The position numbers and the translations under genes are program-made. From the NCBI RefSeq assembly GCF_052143115.1, contig NZ_JBKQTQ010000252.1:9777-73776 (forward strand): DNA of 64,000 bases. Reading direction: 5' to 3'. This document shows, one piece after another, positions 1 to 10,726 of this stretch. The first letter of the stretch is position 1; the number at the start of each line of letters is the position of its first letter. This DNA comes from Mycobacterium sp. GTDB lineage: Bacteria > Actinomycetota > Actinomycetes > Mycobacteriales > Mycobacteriaceae. The notes beneath the pieces are model-generated. The model had not been told where the DNA came from, searched no databases, and worked only from the letters and a program-made list of their open reading frames with translations.

Positions 1-402
1 TCGCGGCGCACACTGCCGATGCCCGCCGACGTCATGGCCGCGTTGCGAACGCTGAACGCACACCAGGAGCGCGAAAGGCTGGCGCTCGGCCCGACATGGA
101 TAGATACGGGGCTCATCGCGGTCAACGAGGACGGCTCTCCGATTCGGCCCGAGACCTACTCGAAGGCATTCCGGCACCACTGCACCGCCGCGGGCGTACC
201 GGTGATCCGGTTGCACGACACCAGGCACACCGCCGCAACGCGGATGCTCGACAGCGGCACCACGGTGTCTGCGACGGCGAAGTGGCTGGGCCACGATCCG
301 GCGATGACGCTGCGGGTTTACGGCCATGTGTACGACGACGCGCTGGCGTCGGCGGGTGACGTGCTATTCGGCGGGATGTCCTCCCCCAACGGTGAGCGTT
401 GA
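1..402 (+). mobile_element. Tyrosine recombinase/phage-type integrase, C-terminal part (5' end outside window)
   Basis: Translation has the catalytic motifs RLHDTRH (H-x-x-R), WLGH and LRVYGH (Tyr nucleophile); it ends about 120 bp from the 3' end of a tRNA. Confidence 0.9.
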
Positions 403-437
403 TTCAAGCCCGCAATCTTCGCAATCGACCGGGTGTG

Positions 438-524
438 CGAACCCAGCTGGCACACTCTTGGCACAATGGGGGTTCGCCCGTCAAGCCCAATTGGATCGCG
501 GTATGACGCTGACCTGCATGAACA
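438..524. other. Putative att region with arm-type integrase-binding repeats
   Basis: Direct repeat TGGCACA at 448-454 and 459-465 (11-bp period), flanked by the inverted repeat CGAACCC/GGGTTCG; lies between the integrase stop and the tRNA 3' end. Confidence 0.5.
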
Positions 525-599
525 TGGTGGGCGCGGACGGTATCGAACCGCCGACCGCTGGTGTGTAAAACCAGAGCTCTACCACTGAGCTACGCGCCC
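525..599 (-). tRNA. tRNA-Val (anticodon TAC)
   Basis: Reverse complement GGGCGCG-TAGCTCAGTGGTAGAGC-T-CTGGT TTTACAC ACCAG-CGGTC-GGCGGTTCGATACCGTC-CGCGCCC-ACCA folds as a cloverleaf with encoded CCA. Confidence 0.97.
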
Positions 600-655
600 G
601 TGCGGCGCAAAGATACCGCCCCGACCACGCGGCGCCCAAAACGCCGACCGGCCGT

Positions 656-1117
656 TCAGCCCTTGCACGCGGCCAGCGCCTCGGTCCAAAGCCGCTGATC
701 GCGGACTTCACCGGGCTGCTTCATTTCCGCGAACCGAATCACCCCAGATCGATCGACGACGAAAGTGCCGCGGTTGGAGATGCCGGCGTCATCGTTGAAC
801 ACACCGTAGGCCTGGCTGACCGCGCCGTGCGGCCAGAAGTCGGAGAGCACCGGGAACAGGAAACCGCTCTCGGCGGCCCACACTTTGTGGGTGGGCGGCG
901 GCCCCACCGAGATGGCCAGTGCCGCACTGTCGTCGTTCTCGAAGTCAGGCAGATGATCACGCAACTGGTCTAGCTCGCTTTGGCAGATGCCAGTGAAGGC
1001 CAACGGGAAGAACACCAGCAGCACATTTTTGGCGCCGCGGTAACCGCTGAGGGTGACCGGCTGTCGGTTCTGATCGCGCAGCGTAAAGTCCGGTGCGGTA
1101 GAACCGACCGTCAGCAT
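656..1117 (-). CDS. ahpE: 1-Cys peroxiredoxin AhpE (Rv2238c ortholog)
   Basis: FFPLAFTGIC peroxidatic motif (PxxxTxxC), 153 aa, synteny. Confidence 0.95.
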   Translation of the reverse strand: MLTVGSTAPDFTLRDQNRQPVTLSGYRGAKNVLLVFFPLAFTGICQSELDQLRDHLPDFENDDSAALAISVGPPPTHKVWAAESGFLFPVLSDFWPHGAVSQAYGVFNDDAGISNRGTFVVDRSGVIRFAEMKQPGEVRDQRLWTEALAACKG

Positions 1118-1539
1118 CAGCGGCGGCCGGCGCGCGACTTCGGTTGCACCAACCGGCTCGCGCTCCAGTCCCCCAGGTTGACCGAGGACGTCGGCATCAG
1201 TCCGGCAGTGGGCGCTGACTCCGCGATCTCAGCGGGTAACACGTGACCGGGCCGGCCGGTCTTGGGGGTGAGCACCCAGATCACTCCGTCGTCGGCCAGC
1301 GCCGCGATCGCATCCATCAAGGTGTCCACCAGGTCGCCGTCGCCGTCACGCCACCACAGCATCACGACGTCTATGACTTCATCGGTGTCTTCGTCGAGCA
1401 ACTCGCCACCGCACGTATCCTCCACGTCGCCGCGGATATCGTCGTCGGTGTCTTCGTCCCAACCCCACTCTTGGACAACCTGCCCTCGTTGGATGCCCAG
1501 TTTGCGGGCATAGCTCGGGGCGTCATCCGCCGCCACCAC
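1117..1539 (-). CDS. DUF3052 family protein (Rv2239c-like)
   Basis: VVQEWGWDEDTD and IWVLTPKTG motifs; stop overlaps the ahpE start. Confidence 0.9.
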   Translation of the reverse strand: MVAADDAPSYARKLGIQRGQVVQEWGWDEDTDDDIRGDVEDTCGGELLDEDTDEVIDVVMLWWRDGDGDLVDTLMDAIAALADDGVIWVLTPKTGRPGHVLPAEIAESAPTAGLMPTSSVNLGDWSASRLVQPKSRAGRR

Positions 1540-1639
1540 CGTGCGACCTCCTTGTCAGTTCCAGAGCCTCTCGAGCGTCAGCACGCCGCGCGATGGCATT
1601 TATCGTCGCATAGCACGTAGCGTTGCACATCCGGCGATC

Positions 1640-2224
1640 TCATAGGGACGCCCGGCAGAGCTTGATGGCTTCGGTCTTGGTGTCGTTTAACTGATTCACG
1701 CGCTGATTGAACTCTGCCATCGCCCCATGCGCACGGATGGCGCTCGCCAGGTCGCGCGCCGCGTCGGCATACGCGTTGAGCGCCTGGTGCAGATCCTGCG
1801 ACAGCGGGCCACCGGAGTTGCCTTCGACCAGTTCGGCGCTGTGGTTGAGGGCCTCGATGGCGGGACCTTCGCTGGATGTGGTGTCTCGGCCCTGGTTGTA
1901 CGCGGCGACAAAGTCATTCACCTTATCGACGGCGTCTTTGCTGGTGGCGGCGAACGACTCGCAGGCGCGGACCACGGCCTGGGTTGTCAGCGACTGCTGA
2001 CGTTGCGATTCCCGCAGACTTGACGTGGCGGCCGACGCGGATACCGACGCGGATACCGACGCCCGGTATGCCGGGGCAATTGCGGTGTCGACGGTCGGCG
2101 CGCCATCCGTGACGCTGGTACACGCGACGATGCCCATCAGGATTGTCGCCACGCAGCCGATCGCCCGCGCTCCGACCCGCAGTCGCCGCGAGGCCGGCGT
2201 GGCAGACGCCCATCCGATCAGCAC
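1640..2224 (-). CDS. Probable lipoprotein (Rv2240c-like)
   Basis: Lipobox-like GIVAC, Ala/Ser-rich linker, synteny; start uncertain. Confidence 0.75.
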   Translation of the reverse strand: MLIGWASATPASRRLRVGARAIGCVATILMGIVACTSVTDGAPTVDTAIAPAYRASVSASVSASAATSSLRESQRQQSLTTQAVVRACESFAATSKDAVDKVNDFVAAYNQGRDTTSSEGPAIEALNHSAELVEGNSGGPLSQDLHQALNAYADAARDLASAIRAHGAMAEFNQRVNQLNDTKTEAIKLCRASL

Positions 2225-2454
2225 AGTTTGTGACGTTACCGGGTCACGATTTGCGGCGCCCTCGCCCGCCGACCTGATAGCGCCGTGGGCCGGCTTCGAC
2301 CGCGACTACGCGGCGCGATCGAAGGTGCGGCACGATAGGAGGTGGCCCGACCGGGCCACAAGACCGATAGAGCACCGACCCAGGACCGAGGACGTCAATC
2401 GGCGACGTCGAGATCAGCCAAAAGCAGACGACCCGTCAAGCAAGGAGTGGTGAG

Positions 2455-5247
2455 TTGACTACCGAGTTCGTACGCCACGATCTGGCGCAAAACCCAACCG
2501 GTGCAAGCGAACCCGATCGGGTGCGGGTAATCCGCGAAGGTGTGGCGTCCTACCTGCCCGACATCGACCCGGAGGAGACCGCCGAGTGGCTGGAGTCCTT
2601 CGACGAGCTGCTGGAGCGCTCGGGGCCGTCGCGTGCGCGCTACCTGATGTTGCGCCTGCTGGAACGCGCCGGCGAGCAGCGGGTGGCGATCCCGGCGCTG
2701 ACGTCCACTGACTACGTCAACACCATCCCGACCGAGCTGGAGCCGTGGTTCCCCGGTGACGAGGACGTCGAGCGCCGCTACCGGGCGTGGATCAGATGGA
2801 ACGCGGCCATCATGGTCCACCGCGCCCAGCGTCCGGGAGTCGGCGTGGGCGGCCACATTTCGACCTACGCCTCGTCCGCGGCGCTCTACGAAGTCGGCTT
2901 CAACCACTTCTTCCGTGGCAAATCGCATCCGGGTGGCGGAGACCACGTCTTCATCCAGGGCCACGCCTCGCCCGGCATTTACGCGCGCGCCTTCCTGGAA
3001 GGCCGGCTCACCGCCGACCAACTGGACGGTTTCCGTCAGGAGCACAGCCATCCCGGTGGTGGCCTGCCGTCCTACCCGCACCCGCGGCTGATGCCCGACT
3101 TCTGGGAGTTCCCGACGGTGTCGATGGGCCTCGGGCCGATGAACGCGATCTATCAGGCCCGGTTCAACCACTATTTGCATGACCGGGGCATCAAGGACAC
3201 CTCCGACCAGCACGTGTGGGCATTCCTCGGCGACGGCGAGACGGACGAGCCGGAGAGCCGCGGTCTGGCCCACGTCGCCGCGCTGGAGGCGCTGGACAAC
3301 TTGACCTTTGTCATCAACTGCAACCTGCAGCGCCTGGACGGCCCGGTGCGCGGTAACGGCAAGATCATCCAGGAGTTGGAGTCGTTCTTCCGCGGAGCCG
3401 GCTGGAACGTCATCAAAGTGGTCTGGGGGCGCGAGTGGGACGCCCTGCTGCACGCCGACCGTGACGGCGCACTGGTGAACCTGATGAACACCACCCCTGA
3501 CGGCGACTACCAGACTTATAAGGCCAACGACGGGGCCTACGTACGGGACCACTTCTTCGGACGCGACCCGCGCACCAAGGCGCTCGTCGAGCAGATGACC
3601 GATTCGGAGATCTGGAACCTCAAGCGCGGTGGCCACGACTACCGCAAGGTCTACGCCGCCTACCGCGCCGCCGTCGACCACAAAGGACAGCCGACGGTGA
3701 TCCTGGCCAAGACCATCAAGGGCTACTCGCTGGGCGCCCACTTCCAGGGCCGCAACGCGACGCACCAGATGAAAAAGCTTGCGCTGCAAGACCTCAAGGA
3801 CTTCCGCGACGCCATCCGGATCCCGATCAGCGATGCCCAGCTAGAGCAGGACCCCTATCTGCCCCCGTACTACCATCCCGGTCCAGAGGCCCCGGAGATC
3901 CGCTATCTGCTTGATCGGCGCCGCGCGTTGGGCGGCTTCCTGCCCGAGCGGCGCACCAAGGCCAGGGCGCTGGCCATGCCGGGCCGAGACGCTTACAAGG
4001 CGCTGAAGCACGGGTCGGGCCACCAGGAGGTGGCCACCACCATGGCCACGGTGCGCACCTTCAAGGAACTGTTGCGCGACAAGGAGATTGGGCCGCGGAT
4101 CGTGCCGATCATCCCCGACGAGGCGCGCACGTTCGGCATGGACTCGTGGTTCCCCTCGTTGAAGATCTACAACCGCAACGGCCAGCTCTACACCGCCGTC
4201 GACGCCGACCTGATGCTGGCGTACAAGGAGAGCGAAATCGGCCAGATCCTGCACGAGGGCATCAATGAGGCCGGATCCGTCGCTTCGTTCACCGCGGCCG
4301 GCACGTCCTATGCGACGCACAACGAGCCGATGATCCCGATTTACATCTTCTATTCCATGTTCGGGTTCCAACGCACCGGCGATGGCCTGTGGGCCGCGGC
4401 CGACCAGATGACGCGCGGCTTCCTGCTCGGGGCCACCGCCGGGCGCACCACGCTGACCGGCGAAGGCCTGCAGCACGCCGACGGCCAGTCGCTACTGCTG
4501 GCGGCCACCAATCCGGCGGTGGTCGCCTACGATCCCGCCTTCGCCTACGAGATCGCCTACATCGTCGAAAGCGGGCTGGCCCGCATGTTCGGGGAAAACC
4601 CGGAGAACGTCTTCTTCTACCTCACCATCTACAACGAGCCGTATGTGCAACCGCCGGAGCCGGAGAACTTCGACCCCGAAAGCCTGCTGCGGGGCATCTA
4701 CCGGTACCAAGCCGCCAAGGAGAGTCGCGCCAACACGGCCCACATCCTGGCTTCCGGGGTGGCGATGCCCTCGGCGTTGCGAGCCGCCGAGATGCTGGCC
4801 GCCGAATGGGATGTCGCCGCCGATGTCTGGTCGGTGACCAGTTGGGGCGAGCTGAACCGAGACGGCATTGCCGTCGAGAAGGAGAAGCTGCGTCACTCTG
4901 ACCGCCCGGCCGGTCAGGCTTACGTCACAAAGGCTCTTTCAGGCTGCTCGGGGCCGATCATCGCGGTGTCGGACTGGATGCGGGCGGTGCCCGAACAGAT
5001 CCGGCCCTGGGTTCCGGGCACCTACGTCACGCTGGGCACCGACGGGTTCGGCTTCTCCGACACCCGGCCGGCCGCCCGCCGCTACTTCAACACCGACGCG
5101 GAATCTCAGGCAGTCGCGGTGCTGGAAGCGCTGGCACGCGACGGCCATATCGACCCGTCGGTACCGGTCGCGGCTGCGCGCCAATATCGGATCGACGACG
5201 TCCAGGCCGCGCCGGTGCAGACCTCCGATCCCGGTCCAGGCGCCTGA
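2455..5247 (+). CDS. aceE: Pyruvate dehydrogenase E1 component (homodimeric)
   Basis: 930 aa with GGHISTYAS, the ThDP-binding motif [10 protein letters not shown]...NCN, and [10 protein letters not shown]; TTG start after a GGAG RBS. Confidence 0.97.
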   Translation: MTTEFVRHDLAQNPTGASEPDRVRVIREGVASYLPDIDPEETAEWLESFDELLERSGPSRARYLMLRLLERAGEQRVAIPALTSTDYVNTIPTELEPWFPGDEDVERRYRAWIRWNAAIMVHRAQRPGVGVGGHISTYASSAALYEVGFNHFFRGKSHPGGGDHVFIQGHASPGIYARAFLEGRLTADQLDGFRQEHSHPGGGLPSYPHPRLMPDFWEFPTVSMGLGPMNAIYQARFNHYLHDRGIKDTSDQHVWAFLGDGETDEPESRGLAHVAALEALDNLTFVINCNLQRLDGPVRGNGKIIQELESFFRGAGWNVIKVVWGREWDALLHADRDGALVNLMNTTPDGDYQTYKANDGAYVRDHFFGRDPRTKALVEQMTDSEIWNLKRGGHDYRKVYAAYRAAVDHKGQPTVILAKTIKGYSLGAHFQGRNATHQMKKLALQDLKDFRDAIRIPISDAQLEQDPYLPPYYHPGPEAPEIRYLLDRRRALGGFLPERRTKARALAMPGRDAYKALKHGSGHQEVATTMATVRTFKELLRDKEIGPRIVPIIPDEARTFGMDSWFPSLKIYNRNGQLYTAVDADLMLAYKESEIGQILHEGINEAGSVASFTAAGTSYATHNEPMIPIYIFYSMFGFQRTGDGLWAAADQMTRGFLLGATAGRTTLTGEGLQHADGQSLLLAATNPAVVAYDPAFAYEIAYIVESGLARMFGENPENVFFYLTIYNEPYVQPPEPENFDPESLLRGIYRYQAAKESRANTAHILASGVAMPSALRAAEMLAAEWDVAADVWSVTSWGELNRDGIAVEKEKLRHSDRPAGQAYVTKALSGCSGPIIAVSDWMRAVPEQIRPWVPGTYVTLGTDGFGFSDTRPAARRYFNTDAESQAVAVLEALARDGHIDPSVPVAAARQYRIDDVQAAPVQTSDPGPGA

Positions 5248-5257
5248 CACGCGCGTC

Positions 5258-5279
5258 TTTGGCGGAATCATCCACAAAA
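5258..5279. promoter_or_regulatory. Degenerate MabR-like site upstream of mabR
   Basis: TTTGGCGGA-ATCA-TCCACAAAA; the right half is identical to the fabD operator half-site. Confidence 0.35.
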
Positions 5280-5297
5280 CTGGCGTAGATTTTACGA

Positions 5298-6596
5298 GTG
5301 ACTGACAAGCAGTTTGCGACGCCGCGGTCGACGCTCGAGCTGCTGGACAGCGTTCCGGAGGCGCTGCTGCGGCGGTTGAAGCAGTATTCCGGTCGGTTTT
5401 CCACCCAGGCGGTGTCGGCAATGCAGGAAAGGCTGCCGTTCTTCGCCGAGCTGGAAGCCTCCCAGCGGGCCAGCGTGGCGCTGGTGGTGCAGACCGCCGT
5501 CGCGAACTTCGTGGAATGGATGACCGACCCGAGCAGCAACGTCAACTACACCGCCCGGGCGTTCGAACTGATGCCGCAGGATCTGACCCGACGGATCGCG
5601 TTGCGCCACTCGGTGGACATGGTCCGGGTCACCATGGAGTACTTCGAAGAGGTCGCTCCGGCGCTGACCCGCTCCGACGAACAGTTGACCGCGCTGACGG
5701 TCGGAATTCTCAAGTACAGCCGCGATCTCGCCTTCAGCGCCGCCACGGCCTACGCCGACGCGGCCGAGGCGCGCGGAAGCTGGGACAGCCGCATGGAGGC
5801 CAGCGTCGTGGACGCGGTGGTGCGCGGCGACACCGGCCCCGAGCTGTTGTCCCGCGCGGCCGCATTGAACTGGGACACCACCGCTCCGGCGACGGTGGTG
5901 GTGGGAACTCCGGCGCCGGGCCGGGAAAGCCACGCCAGCCAGGATGTTCGGGATATCGCGATAAACCATGGCCGCGCCGCGCTCACCGACGTGCACGGCA
6001 CCTGGCTGGTGGCGATCGTGTCCGGTCAGTTGACACCGACCGAGAAGGTCTTCGGCGATCTGCTGGATGCCTTCTCCGACGGCCCGGTGGTGATCGGCCC
6101 GACCGCGCCGATGCTGACCGCTGCCTGGCACAGCGCCAGCGAGGCCATCTCCGGGATGAACGCCGTGGCCGGCTGGCGGGGGGCGCCACGGCCCGTGTTG
6201 GCGCGCGAACTGCTGCCCGAGCGGGCCCTGATGGGCGACGCGTCGGCCATCGCGGCGTTGCACACCGACGTAATGCGGCCACTGGCCGACGCCGGTCCGA
6301 CCCTCACCGAGACCCTGGATGCCTACCTCGACTGCGGCGGTGCGATCGAGGCCTGCGCCCGCAAGTTGTTCGTTCATCCAAACACCGTGCGCTACCGACT
6401 GCGGCGTATCGCAGACTTCACGGGCCGCGATCCCACGCAGCCGCGCGACGCCTATGTCCTTCGGGTGGCCGCGACCGTGGGCCACCTCGCGTACCAGGCC
6501 CAGCACGCCAGCGTGGCCAGCGACGTTGTGACGCCTGTCACGCCGACGGTGGAAAAGGACCTGATCGTGCCATCGCAGGCAACGGCGACCGGCTGA
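5298..6596 (+). CDS. mabR: PucR-family regulator of FAS-II (Rv2242 ortholog)
   Basis: C-terminal PucR HTH (ARKLFVHPNTVRYRL); directly upstream of fabD. Confidence 0.92.
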   Translation: MTDKQFATPRSTLELLDSVPEALLRRLKQYSGRFSTQAVSAMQERLPFFAELEASQRASVALVVQTAVANFVEWMTDPSSNVNYTARAFELMPQDLTRRIALRHSVDMVRVTMEYFEEVAPALTRSDEQLTALTVGILKYSRDLAFSAATAYADAAEARGSWDSRMEASVVDAVVRGDTGPELLSRAAALNWDTTAPATVVVGTPAPGRESHASQDVRDIAINHGRAALTDVHGTWLVAIVSGQLTPTEKVFGDLLDAFSDGPVVIGPTAPMLTAAWHSASEAISGMNAVAGWRGAPRPVLARELLPERALMGDASAIAALHTDVMRPLADAGPTLTETLDAYLDCGGAIEACARKLFVHPNTVRYRLRRIADFTGRDPTQPRDAYVLRVAATVGHLAYQAQHASVASDVVTPVTPTVEKDLIVPSQATATG

Positions 6597-6636
6597 TAGA
6601 TCGCGGCAGGGTATCGAATACGTCGCATCGCGTGCC

Positions 6637-6659
6637 TTTTTGTGGAGTTTCCACAAAAA
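6637..6659. promoter_or_regulatory. MabR operator in the fabD promoter
   Basis: Perfect inverted repeat TTTTTGTGGA-GTT-TCCACAAAAA, matching the TTTTGT-N9-ACAAAA pattern. Confidence 0.85.
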
Positions 6660-6724
6660 CCTAAGACAAGGTTCATAATCTGTTACACCGCGCAAAACCG
6701 TCTTCACAGTGTTCTCTTAAAGAC

Positions 6725-7639
6725 GTGATTGCGTTGCTTGCGCCCGGACAGGGATCGCAGACCCCCGGCATGCTGTCGCCGTGGCTGGAACTACCCGGCG
6801 CCGCGGAGAAGATTGCGTCGTGGTCGACGGTCAGCGGTCTGGACCTCGCTCGCCTGGGCAGCACCGCGTCGACCGAAGAGATCACCGACACCGCGGTCAC
6901 CCAGCCACTGGTCGTCGCGGCCACGCTGCTGGCTCACCAGGAGCTGACCAGGCGCGGTGTGCTCGCAGGCGCCGGCGACGACCTGATCGTGGCCGGCCAC
7001 TCGGTCGGTGAGATCGCCGCCTATGCGATCGCAGGTGTGATCTCCGCTGACGACGCCGTCGCTCTGGCCGCCACCCGCGGCGCGGAGATGGCCAAAGCGT
7101 GCGCCAATGAGCCCACTGGTATGTCCGCCGTGCTCGGTGGTGACGAAGCCGAGGTGCTGGCACGCCTCGAGCAGCTTGACCTGGTCCCCGCCAACCGCAA
7201 CGCCGCCGGTCAGATTGTGGCCGCCGGTCGCCTCACCGCGTTGGACAAGCTTGCCGAAGACCCACCGGCGAAGGCCCGGGTGCGTGCGCTGGGCGTCGCC
7301 GGAGCCTTTCACACCGAATTCATGGCGTCCGCTCTCGACGGGTATGCCGCGGCGGTAGAGAACGTCGCGACCGCGGAAACGACCGCTGTTCTGTTGTCTA
7401 ACCGCGACGGCCAGCCAGTATCGTCGGCTGCCGACGCCATAGAAAAACTTGTCGCGCAGTTGACCCGCCCGGTGCGGTGGGACTTGTGCAGCGAGAGTTT
7501 GCGTCAGCGAAATGTCAAGGCGATTGTCGAGTTCCCGCCTGCGGGCGCTCTGAGCGGCATCGCCAAGCGTGAACTTCGCGGGGTACCGACGCATGCCGTC
7601 AAGGCTCCCGCAGACCTGGATGGTTTGGCAGAACTGTAA
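6725..7639 (+). CDS. fabD: Malonyl-CoA:ACP transacylase
   Basis: APGQGSQ, GHSVG catalytic Ser, AGAFHT. Confidence 0.96.
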   Translation: MIALLAPGQGSQTPGMLSPWLELPGAAEKIASWSTVSGLDLARLGSTASTEEITDTAVTQPLVVAATLLAHQELTRRGVLAGAGDDLIVAGHSVGEIAAYAIAGVISADDAVALAATRGAEMAKACANEPTGMSAVLGGDEAEVLARLEQLDLVPANRNAAGQIVAAGRLTALDKLAEDPPAKARVRALGVAGAFHTEFMASALDGYAAAVENVATAETTAVLLSNRDGQPVSSAADAIEKLVAQLTRPVRWDLCSESLRQRNVKAIVEFPPAGALSGIAKRELRGVPTHAVKAPADLDGLAEL

Positions 7640-7750
7640 AGCCCCGGGTGCGTTGCCACCCAAAAGGCAAAGCCGAACCTGCCCGCCCCTACAACCGCAT
7701 ACCGCACGTCAAATCAGCAGTAACACAACACATTACGAAGGGAACTGAAC

Positions 7751-8098
7751 GTGACTGTCAGTCAGGAAGAAATCATCGCCGGTATCGCCGAGATCATCGA
7801 AGAGGTCACCGGTATCGAGCCCTCGGAGATCACCCCGGAGAAGTCGTTCGTCGACGACCTCGACATCGACTCGCTGTCGATGGTCGAGATCGCGGTGCAG
7901 ACCGAGGACAAGTACGGCGTCAAGATCCCTGATGAGGACCTGGCGGGTCTTCGCACCGTGGGTGACGTCGTCAACTACATCCAGAAGCTCGAGGAAGAGA
8001 ACCCCGAGGCCGCCCAGGCGCTGCGCGCGAAACTCGAGTCCGACAACCCCGAGGCCGTCGCCAACGTGAAGGCCAGGCTGGAAGCCGACCACCAGTGA
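7751..8098 (+). CDS. acpM: Meromycolate acyl carrier protein
   Basis: DIDSLSMVE phosphopantetheine site plus C-terminal extension, 115 aa. Confidence 0.97.
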   Translation: MTVSQEEIIAGIAEIIEEVTGIEPSEITPEKSFVDDLDIDSLSMVEIAVQTEDKYGVKIPDEDLAGLRTVGDVVNYIQKLEEENPEAAQALRAKLESDNPEAVANVKARLEADHQ

Positions 8099-9345
8099 CC
8101 AAACCTTCCACTGCTAACGGCGGTTTCCCCAATGTTGTGGTAACCGCCGTCGCGGCGACGACCTCGATCGCGCCGGACATCGAGAGCACGTGGAAGGGTT
8201 TGCTGGCCGGGGAGAGCGGCATCCGCGTGCTCGAAGACGAGTTCGTGACGAAGTGGGACCTGCCCGTCAAGATCGGTGGGCACCTCAAGGAATCCGTCGA
8301 CGACCACATGAGTCGACTGGAGTTGCGCCGCATGTCCTACGTCCAGCGGCTGGCCAAGTGGCTCAGCGGTCAGCTCTGGGAGAACGCGGGTAGCCCCGAA
8401 GTCGACCCCGACCGTTTCGCGGTCGTTGTCGGCACGGGTCTTGGCGGCGCCGAGCGGATCGTCGAAAGCTACGACCTGATGAACGAGGGCGGCCCCCGCA
8501 AGGTGTCGCCCCTGGCCGTGCAGCAGATCATGCCCAACGGCGCCGCGGCGGTCGTGGGCCTGCAGCTTGGAGCCCGCGCCGGGGTGATGACCCCGGTATC
8601 GGCTTGTTCGTCGGGCTCGGAGGCCATCGCCCACGCGTGGCGGCAAATCGTCATGGGCGATGCCGACGTCGCCGTGTGCGGCGGTGTCGAGGGTCCCATT
8701 GAGGCCCTGCCCATCGCGGCGTTCTCGATGATGCGGGCCATGTCGACCCGCAACGACGACCCCGAAGGCGCGTCCCGTCCGTTCGATAAGGACCGTGACG
8801 GCTTCGTGTTCGGCGAAGCGGGTGCGCTGATGCTCATTGAGACCGAGGAGCACGCCAAAGCACGCGGAGCCGAGCCGCTGGCCCGGTTGATGGGTGCCGG
8901 CATCACGTCGGATGCCTTCCACATGGTGGCGCCGGCACCGGACGGCCTGCGTGCCGGACGGGCGATGACGCGCGGGCTGGAGCTGGCGGGCTTGTCTGCC
9001 AAAGACATCAACCATGTCAACGCGCACGCGACCGCCACACCGATCGGTGACACGGCGGAAGCTAATGCGCTGCGGGTGGCCGGTTGTGAGCAGGCCCCGG
9101 TCTATGCGCCAAAGTCGGCGCTGGGCCACTCCATCGGCGCGGTGGGTTCCCTGGAATCGGTGCTGACGGTGCTCACGCTGCGAGATGGCGTCATACCGCC
9201 GACACTTAACTATCACACGCCCGATCCCGAGATCGACCTCGACGTCGTCGCGTGCGAGCCACGTTATGGCGACTACCAGTACGCCATCAACAACTCGTTC
9301 GGCTTTGGCGGACACAACGTCGCGCTGGTCTTTGGGCGGTACTGA
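8095..9345 (+). CDS. kasA: Beta-ketoacyl-ACP synthase I
   Basis: Cys-His-His triad (SACSSG, NAHAT, GHSIG), 416 aa, GTGA overlap with acpM. Confidence 0.96.
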   Translation: MTKPSTANGGFPNVVVTAVAATTSIAPDIESTWKGLLAGESGIRVLEDEFVTKWDLPVKIGGHLKESVDDHMSRLELRRMSYVQRLAKWLSGQLWENAGSPEVDPDRFAVVVGTGLGGAERIVESYDLMNEGGPRKVSPLAVQQIMPNGAAAVVGLQLGARAGVMTPVSACSSGSEAIAHAWRQIVMGDADVAVCGGVEGPIEALPIAAFSMMRAMSTRNDDPEGASRPFDKDRDGFVFGEAGALMLIETEEHAKARGAEPLARLMGAGITSDAFHMVAPAPDGLRAGRAMTRGLELAGLSAKDINHVNAHATATPIGDTAEANALRVAGCEQAPVYAPKSALGHSIGAVGSLESVLTVLTLRDGVIPPTLNYHTPDPEIDLDVVACEPRYGDYQYAINNSFGFGGHNVALVFGRY

Positions 9346-9353
9346 GCAAAGAC

Positions 9354-9399
9354 GTCCGGCGACGATGCGGGCCGCGAAGGGCCCGAGGAGGAGCCGGAC
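9354..9399 (+). repeat. MIRU-like intergenic hairpin element between kasA and kasB
   Basis: GTCCGGC-GACGATG-CGGGCC-GCGAAG-GGCCCG-AGGAGGA-GCCGGAC; nested stems with the GACGATGC...GAGGAGGAG signature. Confidence 0.65.
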
Positions 9400-9418
9400 A
9401 AGTAAGAAAGGAACGTTA

Positions 9419-10696
9419 GTGAGACCCATGTCAACATCGTCATCGTTGGCTACGGGGAACGGTTTCCCCAACATCGTCGTCACCGGCATTGCCTTGACGA
9501 CCGCCCTCGCAACTGACGCGGAGACCACCTGGAAGTTGCTGCTGGACGGGCAAAGTGGGATCCGTACGCTCGACGACCCGTTCGTCGAGGAGTACAACCT
9601 GCCGGTCCGCATCGGTGGGCATCTGCTCGAGGAGTTCGACAGCCAGTTGGACCGCGTCGAGAACCGCCGGATGGGTTATCTGCAGAAGATGTCCACGGTG
9701 GTGGGCCGGCGGGTGTGGGAGAACGCCGGGTCGCCGGAGGTGGATACCAACCGGCTGGTGGTGTCCGTCGGCACCGGCATGGGCTCCAGTGAGGAGCTGA
9801 TTTTCGCCTACGACGGCATGCGCGCACGTGGTTTGAAGGCGGTCTCTCCGCTGGTCGTGCAGATGTACATGCCCAATGGCGCGGCCGCCGCGGTCGGGCT
9901 GGAACGGCACGCCAAGGCCGGGGTGATGACCGCGGTGTCGGCGTGCGCGTCGGGTTCGGAGGCCATCGCCCGTGCCTGGCAACAGATCGCGCTCGGCGAG
10001 GCCGACATCGCGATCTGCGGTGGCGTCGAGACCAAGATCGAGGCGGTGCCCATCGCCGGGTTCGCCCAGATGCGCATTGTGATGTCGACCACCAACGACG
10101 ACCCGGCCGGTGCCTGCCGGCCGTTCGACAAAGACCGCAACGGGTTTGTGTTCGGCGAGGCCGGCGCGTTGATGGTGATCGAGACCGAGGAGCACGCCAA
10201 GGCGCGTGGCGCCAACATCCTGGCCAGGATCATGGGAGCCAGCATCACCTCGGACGGCTTCCACATGGTGGCGCCGGATCCCAACGGCGAGCGGGCCGGC
10301 CATGCCATGACGCGGGCGATCCAGCTTGCCGGTCTCACGCCGGGGGACATCGACCACGTCAACGCCCACGCCACCGGCACCTCGGTCGGCGACCTGGCCG
10401 AGGGCAAGGCCATCAACAATGCCCTCGGCGCGCATGGCGGAAACGCGGCGGTGTACGCGCCCAAGGGCGCGCTGGGCCACTCGGTCGGCGCGGTTGGCGC
10501 GGTAGAGTCGATCTTGACCGTGTTCGCATTGCGGGACCAGGTCGTTCCGGCGACCCTGAACCTGGTGAACCTGGACCCGGAGATCGACCTCGATGTGGTG
10601 GCGGGCAAGCCGCGGGCGGGTGACTACCGCTACGCCATCAATAATTCGTTCGGATTTGGCGGTCACAACGTGGCGATCACCTTTGGCCGGTACTAA
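9419..10696 (+). CDS. kasB: Beta-ketoacyl-ACP synthase II
   Basis: SACASG, NAHATGT, GHSVG; start is GTG 9419 or ATG 9428 after GAAAGGA. Confidence 0.95.
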   Translation: MRPMSTSSSLATGNGFPNIVVTGIALTTALATDAETTWKLLLDGQSGIRTLDDPFVEEYNLPVRIGGHLLEEFDSQLDRVENRRMGYLQKMSTVVGRRVWENAGSPEVDTNRLVVSVGTGMGSSEELIFAYDGMRARGLKAVSPLVVQMYMPNGAAAAVGLERHAKAGVMTAVSACASGSEAIARAWQQIALGEADIAICGGVETKIEAVPIAGFAQMRIVMSTTNDDPAGACRPFDKDRNGFVFGEAGALMVIETEEHAKARGANILARIMGASITSDGFHMVAPDPNGERAGHAMTRAIQLAGLTPGDIDHVNAHATGTSVGDLAEGKAINNALGAHGGNAAVYAPKGALGHSVGAVGAVESILTVFALRDQVVPATLNLVNLDPEIDLDVVAGKPRAGDYRYAINNSFGFGGHNVAITFGRY

Positions 10697-10726
10697 CCGA
10701 AGCACGACTGATCTAGGAGAACTGCG

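Noticed and set aside
2032-2062. 12-bp tandem repeat CCGACGCGGATA
   Set aside because: In-frame ASVS linker within a lipoprotein gene
3226-3261. AceE motif GDGET instead of the common GDGEM
   Set aside because: Single change outside the invariant GDG; no basis for a functional claim
9185-9418. 78-aa N-terminal extension of KasB in the ORF track
   Set aside because: Overlaps kasA; the RBS supports a start at 9419/9428
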